Of a stretch of 64,000 bases of DNA, positions 1-8,640 are shown in pieces; position 1 is the stretch's first letter, and each line of letters begins with the position of its first letter. The DNA lies in IMG/VR virus record IMGVR_UViG_3300045988_136773; one strand, 5' to 3'. This DNA is from a virus. The notes under the pieces were generated by a model. It did no database searches. It was not told the origin of the DNA and saw only the letters and a list, made by a program, of their open reading frames with translations. The translations under genes were made by a program, and so were the position numbers.

Positions 1-18
1 CATTGGAGATAGATTTTA

Positions 19-198
19 ATGAAAGTGAATGAGCTGATTAAGTATTTACAAGAATATAAGGCTTTTAATGAAACTGATGTTCGTATCATGTCCAAATCAA
101 ATGATACATTAAAGGACGGAAGTCATGAAATTAAAGATGTTTGTTTGAACGTGAGTGCAGTTAACATGGAGAATGTTGTCTACATTTCAGATTACTAA
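19..198 (+). CDS. small hypothetical protein (59 aa)
   Basis: Hand-read ORF: ATG 19, TAA 196-198 (MKVNELIKYLQEYKAF...). Below ORF-track cutoff. No motif recognised. Confidence 0.35.
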   Translation: MKVNELIKYLQEYKAFNETDVRIMSKSNDTLKDGSHEIKDVCLNVSAVNMENVVYISDY

Positions 199-217
199 TA
201 CTAAAGAGGTGAGATAA

Positions 218-445
218 ATGTTTGAGTATTCAACTACATTAAAATGTGATCAGTGTGGTTATGGTTGTTCATCTGATGGATTTCGGATAGCTGACTGCAT
301 GAGCAGAGAAGATCTTGAATCTATGGTCGCCGAAGAAGGATGGATAAAACTATATGGTAGATATAATATCTGCGATAGATGCGTAGAACACTATGGAGAA
401 AAGTATCTGCGTGATAAATTCAATGGTGATAATAATGAGGATTGA
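218..445 (+). CDS. small Cys-rich zinc-ribbon-like protein
   Basis: ORF track; RBS-like aagaggtgag upstream; Cys pairs CDQCGYGC ... CDRC. Confidence 0.6.
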   Translation: MFEYSTTLKCDQCGYGCSSDGFRIADCMSREDLESMVAEEGWIKLYGRYNICDRCVEHYGEKYLRDKFNGDNNED

Positions 446-1013
446 AGTAGGTCAAAAGTATCAAGTGACTAGCGGCATAGACAAGGGCAGTGTGATTGAG
501 GTTACAGATAAATATGAAGTATGTGGTAGAATGCGTTATATTTACGAAGTAATGCCTGGTGGATGTGATAATGAGTACTGGTTTGACACTTTTAGTAGTA
601 GTGATGCTGATTCTATTTTTGCTGAATGCCTAAGTCTATCGCCTTGTGATCAATTTAAGCAGGATACACAGATGGAATTTGAAGTAGGCGCAAGATATAA
701 AGTAATAGATGGTGTAGACACACTGATTTCACTATACAAGCAAAAGAGACTTCGATGCTATATATCTGGTGATGCATGCTATAAAATAGATGATACTAAC
801 CAGAAAGCAATACCATGGTCAAACCAATCAGAACTATATGAAAGTGAAGGTGTGTTAAACATGAAAACAGATATTATGAAATGGATGGAACAGGCTATTC
901 AAACAATCCAAAGTGGGATTGCTGATAAGCTTACAAAGGATAATATCACAATTTACCGAGTAAAAGACATTATTCGTATTGACATCAAAGGTGAAGTACA
1001 AATTGTAAAGTAA
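435..1013 (+). CDS. hypothetical protein with internal duplication
   Basis: ORF-track frame with start moved to ATG 435. Two similar segments: IEVGQKYQVTSGIDKGS / FEVGARYKVIDGVDTLI. Confidence 0.55.
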   Translation: MRIEVGQKYQVTSGIDKGSVIEVTDKYEVCGRMRYIYEVMPGGCDNEYWFDTFSSSDADSIFAECLSLSPCDQFKQDTQMEFEVGARYKVIDGVDTLISLYKQKRLRCYISGDACYKIDDTNQKAIPWSNQSELYESEGVLNMKTDIMKWMEQAIQTIQSGIADKLTKDNITIYRVKDIIRIDIKGEVQIVK

Positions 1014-1031
1014 AACAAAGGAGTGACAATT

Positions 1032-1388
1032 ATGACATTTGAAGAAAGAATCGTAGAAGCAGTGGAGAATGCTGTTATCCATGATATCGGACGGTATAAC
1101 ACTGTGCAGTTCAAAAAGTTTATGCTGCCTGACGAGGTTATCGAAGACGTTTACAAGCACGTTGATATGGAAAAAATCAAGCGGTATCTGACTGAAAATA
1201 TCGAACAGCTGATTGCAAAGAAAATCGTGGACAGCATGATGACTGAGGTTGCATCAGACGTAAAACAAATCGTTGCAACAAAGGCAATCAGAGAAGATAT
1301 GCGATATTATCTGCGTCAGAAGATGGAGCAGGCAATGCAGGGCGTGTCTGACACAGAACCGCCTGTTGATGCAGAGCCAAACGGCTGA
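1032..1388 (+). CDS. hypothetical protein
   Basis: ORF-track frame; ATG 1032 follows an aaaggag RBS; ends at TGA 1386-1388. Confidence 0.6.
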   Translation: MTFEERIVEAVENAVIHDIGRYNTVQFKKFMLPDEVIEDVYKHVDMEKIKRYLTENIEQLIAKKIVDSMMTEVASDVKQIVATKAIREDMRYYLRQKMEQAMQGVSDTEPPVDAEPNG

Positions 1389-1559
1389 CTAGAAATACCA
1401 AACGGGAATCATGGTAACTGTACAGGACGTAATTACATATGCAGCAATTGCAGTTATGAATTTACTTGTTTTGACGGCACACCATTTGAGTATGCTATAT
1501 TCCAGTGCAGACGATGTAAAGCGAAAATGATTGATATAAAGAGGAGTGACTTAAAATAG
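1389..1559 (+). other. start-less zinc-ribbon reading frame, in frame after the TGA of the upstream gene
   Basis: Same frame stays open 56 codons to TAG 1557-1559. Encodes ...YICSNCSYEFTCFDGTPFEYAIFQCRRCKAKM... (CxxC-x18-CxxC). No in-frame ATG/GTG/TTG before 1527. Confidence 0.4.
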
Positions 1560-1579
1560 AAGAACTATTAGATCAAGAT

Positions 1580-2635
1580 TTGTCTGAGCTAGACAAACAC
1601 ATATCAGATGCAATGCATAGGATTGAACGCTTGTATTATGAAACTGACGGGAAATGCTATTTATCATTCAGCGGTGGCAAAGATAGTACGATCGTGCTTG
1701 CTGTTATAAACCTGTGTGAGGAAATCGGAACGATTCCGAAGAATGCAATTCCGGCGGTATTTTGTGACACGAAGATAGAACTAACCGCTACAGTTGATTT
1801 TGTACATTGGGTGAAGGATAATTGGTATAACAACGTGGAACTTATAAAAACTGAGAAATCGTTTGCACAGGTTCTTAAAGAGTATGGAAAGCCTTTTCGG
1901 AGTAAGATGAAATCACATAACATTTCGGCATATCAAAAGAACCCCGATTCAAAAACGGCAAAATACTTATATGATGATACTGTATGTAAAAGTACCAAGA
2001 TACGTCTATCAAACAAAGATTTTCATATATTACATAGCAGTTTTCCTATAAAAATATCCAATAAATGTTGCGACATAATGAAGAAAAAACCATTTGCTAA
2101 GTATGCAAAAGATAATGAAATAACCGGGTATTTTTCTGGCATGCGAATGCTTGAAGGAGGACAACGCCAGTTGGTTTTTGAAAAACGATTGGACTCCGGC
2201 GATAAAAGACCATGTACGCACATCTCTGGTGGTATAGCATCGGTATCTCCGATTTTTGACTGGACGGATGGCATCTGTGAAGACTTTATTCAGAAGTACA
2301 GCATCCCACTATCTAGAGCGTATACAGAGTACGGAGAAGAACGGACTGGGTGCTTTTTATGCCCATATGGTTTGGACGTAGATAAACGACTTGAAGTGCT
2401 GCATACATATGAGCCAAATCACTATAAGGCTGCACTATACTTTCTAAAAGACGTATATATCGCACAAGGTGTGAAACTGTCATTTGATGAAGATTACATG
2501 AGAGAGTACAAAGAGCAGTGGATTGAGTACGAACCGATGCGATATGAAATGTTGAAGAAATACCGTCCAGATTGCATGATTTGTAAGAAGTATGAGAAAG
2601 AGCATGGACAACCTGCTCAGAAGAAACTATTTTAG
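1580..2635 (+). CDS. PP-loop / PAPS-reductase-family protein
   Basis: 351-aa ORF with the PP-loop motif FSGGKDS near the N-terminus. TTG start from the ORF track is uncertain. Confidence 0.75.
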   Translation: MSELDKHISDAMHRIERLYYETDGKCYLSFSGGKDSTIVLAVINLCEEIGTIPKNAIPAVFCDTKIELTATVDFVHWVKDNWYNNVELIKTEKSFAQVLKEYGKPFRSKMKSHNISAYQKNPDSKTAKYLYDDTVCKSTKIRLSNKDFHILHSSFPIKISNKCCDIMKKKPFAKYAKDNEITGYFSGMRMLEGGQRQLVFEKRLDSGDKRPCTHISGGIASVSPIFDWTDGICEDFIQKYSIPLSRAYTEYGEERTGCFLCPYGLDVDKRLEVLHTYEPNHYKAALYFLKDVYIAQGVKLSFDEDYMREYKEQWIEYEPMRYEMLKKYRPDCMICKKYEKEHGQPAQKKLF

Positions 2636-2649
2636 GAGTGATATGAATT

Positions 2650-3087
2650 ATGAATCAAGCACTGCTATCATCTAAGAATAATAACTGGTGTACGCCACAA
2701 GATTTCTTTGATGGCCTCAATTCTGAGTTTCGTTTTGTACTGGATGTAGCAGCAACTAAGAAATCTGCAAAGTGCGAAGATTACTTTACACCGGAACAAG
2801 ACGGATTGCTGCAAAGCTGGGAACACAGTGACGGTGCTGTCTTTTGTAATCCTCCCTATGGAAGAGAAATTGGGAAGTGGGTTAAGAAAGCTTTTGAAGA
2901 AAGTCAAAAGCACAGTACGAAAATTGTGCTTTTAATCCCAGCACGAACAGACACAAAATATTTTCACGAGTATATATATGGACGTGCAGAAATTAGGTTT
3001 ATAAAAGGTCGCTTAAAATTTACAGATGAGTCTGGACAGATTTATGATCCTGCTCCGTTCCCATCAATGGTTGTAATATATAACTAA
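2650..3087 (+). CDS. phage Dam-type DNA N6-adenine methyltransferase
   Basis: 145 aa; RBS aggagtga; catalytic NPPYG motif. Size and layout are typical of the small phage N6A-methylase family. Confidence 0.8.
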   Translation: MNQALLSSKNNNWCTPQDFFDGLNSEFRFVLDVAATKKSAKCEDYFTPEQDGLLQSWEHSDGAVFCNPPYGREIGKWVKKAFEESQKHSTKIVLLIPARTDTKYFHEYIYGRAEIRFIKGRLKFTDESGQIYDPAPFPSMVVIYN

Positions 3088-3122
3088 GTTTCAGCACAAT
3101 ATCTGATTAGGAGTGATAAACA

Positions 3123-3830
3123 ATGTTAGTTCCAGCAGTCCTGTATAAGGACGAAATCAAAAGGAAGATGTTAGAGTATAAATACACAAATGATATGATG
3201 TACTACTCTGGATGGCTAGGAGATTCTATTCCAAATATCGATGATGACAGCGAAGATAATTGTACAGTACAATATGCAATTGTGGACGGTGATAATCTGA
3301 TCGGTTATTTTACATATATGATGGACTGGTACACATCATGTGCAAGCTGTTTTGGTTTATTTTCGTTTGATAGAGGGAATAAGATCATCGGATTAGATGT
3401 CCGTAGGGAAATGAAGAAGATTATTAAAGAGTACAAAGTTCATAGAATTTCCTGGAGAATGGTAAGCGGTAATCCAGTCGAACGTCACTATGACAGATTC
3501 TGTGACAAGTATGGCGGTAAGAAATTTGTGCTTACAGATGCTATCCGAGATAGAGCAGGTAACTATCATGATGATATTATCTATGAGATTATTTTTCAGA
3601 AATCCAGCATCTTTTTCACATCAAAAATCAATTTGTGTGAGTGTCCATATTGTGGACACGGTCCAAGTATTAAATATGATTTTGTTGATTCAGGTGTTGC
3701 ATGCGAGTTAAGTTGTATGCATTTCTATGTACAGAGTGTTGGTGAAATACATAGTGATGCATATAAAAAAGCGTATCGAGAGTGGAATGAATTGATTTCC
3801 GATTTCAATCTTCGCAATAGGGGTAAGTGA
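3123..3830 (+). CDS. two-domain protein: weak GNAT-like N-terminus plus Lar-like zinc-ribbon C-terminus
   Basis: C-terminus CECPYCGHG...ACELSC...AYKKAYREWNE matches the remembered Lar restriction-alleviation pattern (CPxCG...C..C...A..WN). The N-terminal assignment is weak. Confidence 0.45.
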   Translation: MLVPAVLYKDEIKRKMLEYKYTNDMMYYSGWLGDSIPNIDDDSEDNCTVQYAIVDGDNLIGYFTYMMDWYTSCASCFGLFSFDRGNKIIGLDVRREMKKIIKEYKVHRISWRMVSGNPVERHYDRFCDKYGGKKFVLTDAIRDRAGNYHDDIIYEIIFQKSSIFFTSKINLCECPYCGHGPSIKYDFVDSGVACELSCMHFYVQSVGEIHSDAYKKAYREWNELISDFNLRNRGK

Positions 3831-3831
3831 C

Positions 3832-4287
3832 ATGATAAGAAACATTGAAGATTGGGTAGAAACAACAGATGGAATTTACAAGTATGAAATAGCAGATACA
3901 TTGTACTATGAGTTGCACATATATTCTAGATACATGAAAGATGACATTCAAGATGCACTTGCATCGTTATACTTAGTATCGAAGCAGTTTTCTGGTTCTG
4001 TAGACAATATCAAAAAGTTCGAACGAATTGGTTTAAATTTTAACCATTCAGTTCAGGATTGCCTAAATCAAATTAGAATGCCTTTTAGAGAATTTGCTGA
4101 AATCGTATATGAAAACAGATATAGCCACTACAATGACAGTACGCTAGTACCAAAATCTGAAACAATTATTGTCGCATTCGCAAGAATGCCTGATGATATA
4201 CGTGAAAATAAATGGGAAGAGCGAGTAGAACCACTTGCATATGCTTTCGCATACGAATTGAGAAACAAAAGAGTATCAAAATTTTAG
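3832..4287 (+). CDS. hypothetical protein
   Basis: ORF track; ATG overlaps the upstream TGA (gtgacATG). Confidence 0.6.
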   Translation: MIRNIEDWVETTDGIYKYEIADTLYYELHIYSRYMKDDIQDALASLYLVSKQFSGSVDNIKKFERIGLNFNHSVQDCLNQIRMPFREFAEIVYENRYSHYNDSTLVPKSETIIVAFARMPDDIRENKWEERVEPLAYAFAYELRNKRVSKF

Positions 4288-4301
4288 GGAGGTAGATTAA
4301 T

Positions 4302-4994
4302 ATGACAATTCGGCCATACAGAGGGAAATCACTAAATGGTTTCTGGGTAGAAGGAATGTTAGTTTTGAAAGATGAGTATGCACCAAATATACATGCCATA
4401 ATTAGTCAAAAATCATCTTTTGCATATCCAGTTCATGAAGAATCGATAGGGCAATATATAGGATTAACCGATGTAAATGGTACTAATATATATGAAGGTG
4501 ACATTGTAGACATCCTTACTGAAAACGATGAATATGGTGTCGTAGCATATGAGGATGGTGGCTTTGTCGTGAAGGCATCTACATTCGTGGTTGACTTCAT
4601 GTCAAACATCAATGGAAAAGATGTAGAGATTATTGGCAATGTATTTGATAATCCTCAGCTTGTACCATCCGCAGTAGATGAATCTTTATTACGCACTCAA
4701 ATGCCTGAACCACAAAATGGCTGGTTCGGTAAAACGAGTGATAATCAATGGTTTGTTATTATTCGACAGCCAAATTCAGATGAATACCTAATGGTATATG
4801 AGGATGGTGGATATGATGCAGGAACGGTATCTGAGGTATTCGATGAGTCAAAACACGACTTTAATAGATATGGTGAATGCATAGATGGTAATAAGATTGT
4901 TCGACTTATAAATGCTATCAGCTTTGAGCATGCAAAGCATATATACAAAGAGTGCCCAAGTAATTACAAAGATGTTATCTGGCAAAGGAGGTAG
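4302..4994 (+). CDS. YopX-family protein with extra C-terminal domain
   Basis: IGQYIGLTDVNGTNIYEGDIV ... IIGNVFDNPQL, the YopX signature; strong RBS gggagg. Confidence 0.75.
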   Translation: MTIRPYRGKSLNGFWVEGMLVLKDEYAPNIHAIISQKSSFAYPVHEESIGQYIGLTDVNGTNIYEGDIVDILTENDEYGVVAYEDGGFVVKASTFVVDFMSNINGKDVEIIGNVFDNPQLVPSAVDESLLRTQMPEPQNGWFGKTSDNQWFVIIRQPNSDEYLMVYEDGGYDAGTVSEVFDESKHDFNRYGECIDGNKIVRLINAISFEHAKHIYKECPSNYKDVIWQRR

Positions 4995-5002
4995 TATATA
5001 CT

Positions 5003-5911
5003 ATGGGAAAACTAAAGTTTGACACACCAAAATTCAATATAACTAAGGATTCAGTTATTTGCTTGCTACGTTTTAAAAATATCTATACAGAGCAGGTAAA
5101 AGAAATGCGGAAAATTCTAAGTATGTCATTTTCGATGGGAGGAATTCAGCCAAAATCTTTAGAGAACCGCCTTAAATGTTTTCTTATACTGAACGAGTCA
5201 TATATTGGAGAGGCACACTTAAAACCTGGAGATTTAAGCGACATTGCGTCCGCAAAAAGAATTGCATTTGAAAAAGCAAAACGTCTTGCATACAAAAGAC
5301 TATATAGACTATACTCTGAACTATTCCTTCATGTAAATCGCATCAAAAAAGGTATACTTAATAACGCTTTTACTTTAGATTACAAAATTGCTGAAAGCTC
5401 AGAAACAATTATAGACATTGCTGAAAATCAGAAACAGTGTCTTGATACTTCACATATATACAATCCAATGGATCACGAAATCCTATTTAGAGGAAAACGG
5501 ATTGATAATGGACAATGGGTTGTAGGATTCCCACTAAGAAAAGAAACGCCCGATCTTCATTGCTATATTATCAGTACGTTTGAGACTGAAAGATGTGCTG
5601 AGACCATAGGTATTTCAGGCTCAGAAATGTATGAAGTTTATCCAGAATCAATTGGTCAGTATACAAATGTCTTAGATGGTAATCATACTAGAATCTTTGA
5701 AGGAGATATTATCGAGGCTACACAGAATAAGAATTTCCTACATACGTCTTATATTAAATTTGATAACGGTACATATTGGTGTGAGCTGATTTCTGGTAGT
5801 GATATAGATGATACGGAAAGCTTAAATGATCAGTGTCTTGATTTTGGACTGACAGTCATCGGCAATATTTACGATAATCCAGAACTTTTGGAATGCAGCA
5901 TCAATGATTAA
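5003..5911 (+). CDS. protein with C-terminal YopX domain
   Basis: EILFRGKRIDNGQWV ... IGQYTNVLDGNHTRIFEGDII ... VIGNIYDNPELLE; RBS aaaggagg. Confidence 0.75.
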   Translation: MGKLKFDTPKFNITKDSVICLLRFKNIYTEQVKEMRKILSMSFSMGGIQPKSLENRLKCFLILNESYIGEAHLKPGDLSDIASAKRIAFEKAKRLAYKRLYRLYSELFLHVNRIKKGILNNAFTLDYKIAESSETIIDIAENQKQCLDTSHIYNPMDHEILFRGKRIDNGQWVVGFPLRKETPDLHCYIISTFETERCAETIGISGSEMYEVYPESIGQYTNVLDGNHTRIFEGDIIEATQNKNFLHTSYIKFDNGTYWCELISGSDIDDTESLNDQCLDFGLTVIGNIYDNPELLECSIND

Positions 5912-5945
5912 AACTAAACTTAAAAAAGAGGATAGTGTCTGATAT

Positions 5946-6170
5946 ATGAGTACAAATGATCATAATTCTAAGAATCACAAAGGAATTGGATTGCTTACTG
6001 TGATTGGAATAGTGTTTGTCATACTAAAACTCTGTGGTGTAGTAAAATGGAGTTGGATTTGGTTACTTTATCCACTCGTGGTAGGTGTGATAGGAACTAT
6101 TCTTCCACTGATTATTGTGTTTGTTATAAAAGCAATGATAGAAAAGAGTAATAAGCATAATAAGTTGTAA
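5946..6170 (+). CDS. small membrane protein (2 predicted TM helices)
   Basis: Hydrophobic stretches GLLTVIGIVFVILKLCGVV and WLLYPLVVGVIGTILPLIIVFVI. Confidence 0.6.
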   Translation: MSTNDHNSKNHKGIGLLTVIGIVFVILKLCGVVKWSWIWLLYPLVVGVIGTILPLIIVFVIKAMIEKSNKHNKL

Positions 6171-6185
6171 TACTGGAGGATTATC

Positions 6186-6599
6186 ATGAGAGAAATTTTA
6201 TTTAGAGGTAAGAGTTATAGGACAAAGGAATGGATTGAGGGATACTATTGTAACCATCCTCACCTGTTTAGTGGGGTTTTACAGTCTTATATTTTTATAC
6301 CATCATATGATGCAGAAACAGGAAAGGGAAACTGTATGATCTATTCTGTTATTCCTGAAACAGTTGGACAGTTTACAGGATTGTTTGACAGAAACAGTAA
6401 AAAGATTTTTGAGGGGGACATTATAGAAAATATAACTGATCATAGCACGGCTGTAGTTCGCTGGTATGAGGAGCATTCTACATTTATGCTGTACAGTGAA
6501 ATGAAAAATAAAGTATATTTTCTGTATGATAATGATTTTAAATATATAGACGTTATCGGCAACGTCTATGACAATCCTGAATTATTAAGGTGTGTGTAA
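6186..6599 (+). CDS. YopX-family protein
   Basis: MREILFRGKS ... VGQFTGLFDRNSKKIFEGDII ... VIGNVYDNPELL. Confidence 0.8.
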   Translation: MREILFRGKSYRTKEWIEGYYCNHPHLFSGVLQSYIFIPSYDAETGKGNCMIYSVIPETVGQFTGLFDRNSKKIFEGDIIENITDHSTAVVRWYEEHSTFMLYSEMKNKVYFLYDNDFKYIDVIGNVYDNPELLRCV

Positions 6600-6601
6600 A
6601 C

Positions 6602-7072
6602 ATGAGAGATCTATTATTCAGAGCAAAACGAACAGACAATGATGAATTGATTGAAGGCAATGATGAATGGATTGAAGGTTCATATGTACATCTCAATCTA
6701 GGTCGTCACTATATTTTTACTGGGAAACTCGATCTCACTCAGCATAATTACAAGGGTCGTATAGGATTTGAGTGTTTTGAAGTTAACCCTGAAACTGTAG
6801 GGCAGTATACAGACGTTAATGACTCTAATGGCACTAAAATCTTCGAGGGTGATATTATTCAGTATACATATGCAACTAATTCAGATTTAACACATATAGG
6901 CTATGTAGCATATAGTTCCGGGGAATTTTACATAGAAGATATCATATCTGGTGAGGAGACATTCATGAGTTCGCTTACAGACGATGACTATACATATAAA
7001 GTCATTGGGAACATTTACGATATAGATGGTTCGGCATATTGGGACTGGCTTAATAGTTGTATGTTCAAATGA
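6602..7072 (+). CDS. YopX-family protein
   Basis: Start moved to ATG 6602 (MRDLLFRAKR) after aaggtg. VGQYTDVNDSNGTKIFEGDII ... VIGNIYD. Ends TGA 7070-7072. Confidence 0.75.
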   Translation: MRDLLFRAKRTDNDELIEGNDEWIEGSYVHLNLGRHYIFTGKLDLTQHNYKGRIGFECFEVNPETVGQYTDVNDSNGTKIFEGDIIQYTYATNSDLTHIGYVAYSSGEFYIEDIISGEETFMSSLTDDDYTYKVIGNIYDIDGSAYWDWLNSCMFK

Positions 7073-7162
7073 TCAAATTGTTGGAAAGTAGGACATTCAA
7101 TTTCCGATCGATTTTGCTCAAATTGCGGAGCGTCAATACAGAATTATATATCTGAACTATAA
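7073..7162 (+). other. start-less, degenerate zinc-ribbon frame, in frame after the TGA of the fourth YopX gene
   Basis: 29 open codons SNCWKVGHSISDRFCSNCGASIQNYISEL, then TAA. Resembles C..CG.......FC..CG with the second Cys lost. Confidence 0.3.
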
Positions 7163-7185
7163 TTTCTGCGAAAGGATGATGTGAT

Positions 7186-7392
7186 ATGTGGTGGAATGAT
7201 TATCGAGCTTTTGAAATGAGTAAGTTCATCAAAGCAGAAGGCTATATGCCTGAAGAGGAAGAGGCGTGGCTAAAACGTCGTCATTCAGGTAATGCTGCGG
7301 AAAATCAAAACTGTATAGTAACTGGAAATTATGTAGATCCTCAAAAATTTCCATCGTTATATAATATAGACGGAGGTGATTCCAGTGACTGA
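7186..7392 (+). CDS. hypothetical protein
   Basis: ORF track; RBS gaaaggatg upstream. Confidence 0.55.
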   Translation: MWWNDYRAFEMSKFIKAEGYMPEEEEAWLKRRHSGNAAENQNCIVTGNYVDPQKFPSLYNIDGGDSSD

Positions 7393-7630
7393 ACAGGAAT
7401 CTATAGAACTGATTGTAACAGCTTTACGCAGATTTAAAGCCTTGGAGAAAACAATGGCTCCATACAATGGTATTCAATCTGAAGTTTTAGAACTACATAA
7501 GCTATCAGTTAATTCCTTAAACAAAATGGCTGAATTCGCATCTTGCATGCTTGCTAATTGTAATTCTGCCAAAAGCATCTTAGATAAAAACATTGGAGGT
7601 TATAAAAATGGAGCAAATCGACACATTTAA
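7376..7630 (+). CDS. hypothetical protein (start uncertain; GTG 7376 or 7385)
   Basis: ORF track; a ggaggtg RBS overlaps the candidate starts. Confidence 0.5.
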   Translation: MIPVTEQESIELIVTALRRFKALEKTMAPYNGIQSEVLELHKLSVNSLNKMAEFASCMLANCNSAKSILDKNIGGYKNGANRHI

Positions 7631-7955
7631 GATTTATCAGGAGCGAGCTATGAGAACCTGCAGCATCCCATATAATCTGAGGAATGACATGCTGTGCAAT
7701 GCAGTATTTGGTCTTACAAGTGAGGCTGGAGAGGTTGCAGGTATCCTGCAAAAGTCATATCAAGGTCATGAATTCGATGTGAATCATATCAAGAAGGAAC
7801 TTGGAGACTGTCTGTGGATGATTGCAGAGGCTTGCGAAGCGTTACATCTTGACATGGCAGATGTTGCCACTACAAATATTGAAAAGCTAAAAGCTCGATA
7901 CCCAGATGGATTTGACCCGTACAAGTCTTTGCATAGAAAGGAAGGCGATATCTAA
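7608..7955 (+). CDS. MazG-like nucleotide pyrophosphohydrolase
   Basis: LTSEAGEVAGILQK ... ELGDCLWMIAEACEAL, MazG helical-pair motifs. ATG 7608 follows ggagg. Confidence 0.75.
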   Translation: MEQIDTFKIYQERAMRTCSIPYNLRNDMLCNAVFGLTSEAGEVAGILQKSYQGHEFDVNHIKKELGDCLWMIAEACEALHLDMADVATTNIEKLKARYPDGFDPYKSLHRKEGDI

Positions 7956-8116
7956 TGGGCACATATGTACCATGTAAAGGCTGCACAGATCGACATGTTG
8001 GATGTCATAGTGTATGCGGAAAATACAGTATCTACAAGCAACAGATTGCATCAAATCGTAAAAAGGAAGCACAGCAGAAACTCGCTGCACAAGTCGATAT
8101 GAGGTTTCGCGGATGA
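7955..8116 (+). CDS. small Cys/His-rich protein (53 aa)
   Basis: Hand-read: MGTYVPCKGCTDRHVGCHSVCGKYSIYKQQ... TAATG overlap upstream and ATGA overlap downstream. Confidence 0.55.
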   Translation: MGTYVPCKGCTDRHVGCHSVCGKYSIYKQQIASNRKKEAQQKLAAQVDMRFRG

Positions 8117-8640
8117 TTGGTAAGTACATAAATGAAAAATCATTAAATCGAGAAGACGCTTGTAGATTCATCGCCAATCGATGTAAAGACTGTGAACTAT
8201 CCACATATTGCTCAGATAAGTACAGTTGTATTGAAAAGGAAAAATATCTCATAGACAAGTATGATCTGGATTCCCAACTTCCAAAAATGCATATGCGATT
8301 TCCGGAAACACTGGAAGTTCTTCTAGCGTATAAACACACAAGTGTACGTAAATTTTCGGAGGATTCTGGTATATCTGAAACATCGATTCGTGGCTGGCTG
8401 GCAGGTAAAAATTCTCCGACATGTACACAGATATATCGTATATGCGATTATTTTCAAATCACCCCAAATTTTCTCCTTGGATATGACGGAGCTTGCGATA
8501 GCATTGTAATTAATACATCAGTATCATCTATACAGGCGGAACTAGATGATATTGTGAATGGGTTAGATATTCTATGCGAAAGTATCACATATACACAAAA
8601 GAAATTAAATCAGTTGAGATTTGGAGGTGATAATACTTGA
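8113..8640 (+). CDS. protein with C-proximal XRE-type HTH
   Basis: SVRKFSEDSGISETSIRGWLAGKNSPTCTQIYRICDYFQITPNFLLG. Confidence 0.65.
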   Translation: MIGKYINEKSLNREDACRFIANRCKDCELSTYCSDKYSCIEKEKYLIDKYDLDSQLPKMHMRFPETLEVLLAYKHTSVRKFSEDSGISETSIRGWLAGKNSPTCTQIYRICDYFQITPNFLLGYDGACDSIVINTSVSSIQAELDDIVNGLDILCESITYTQKKLNQLRFGGDNT

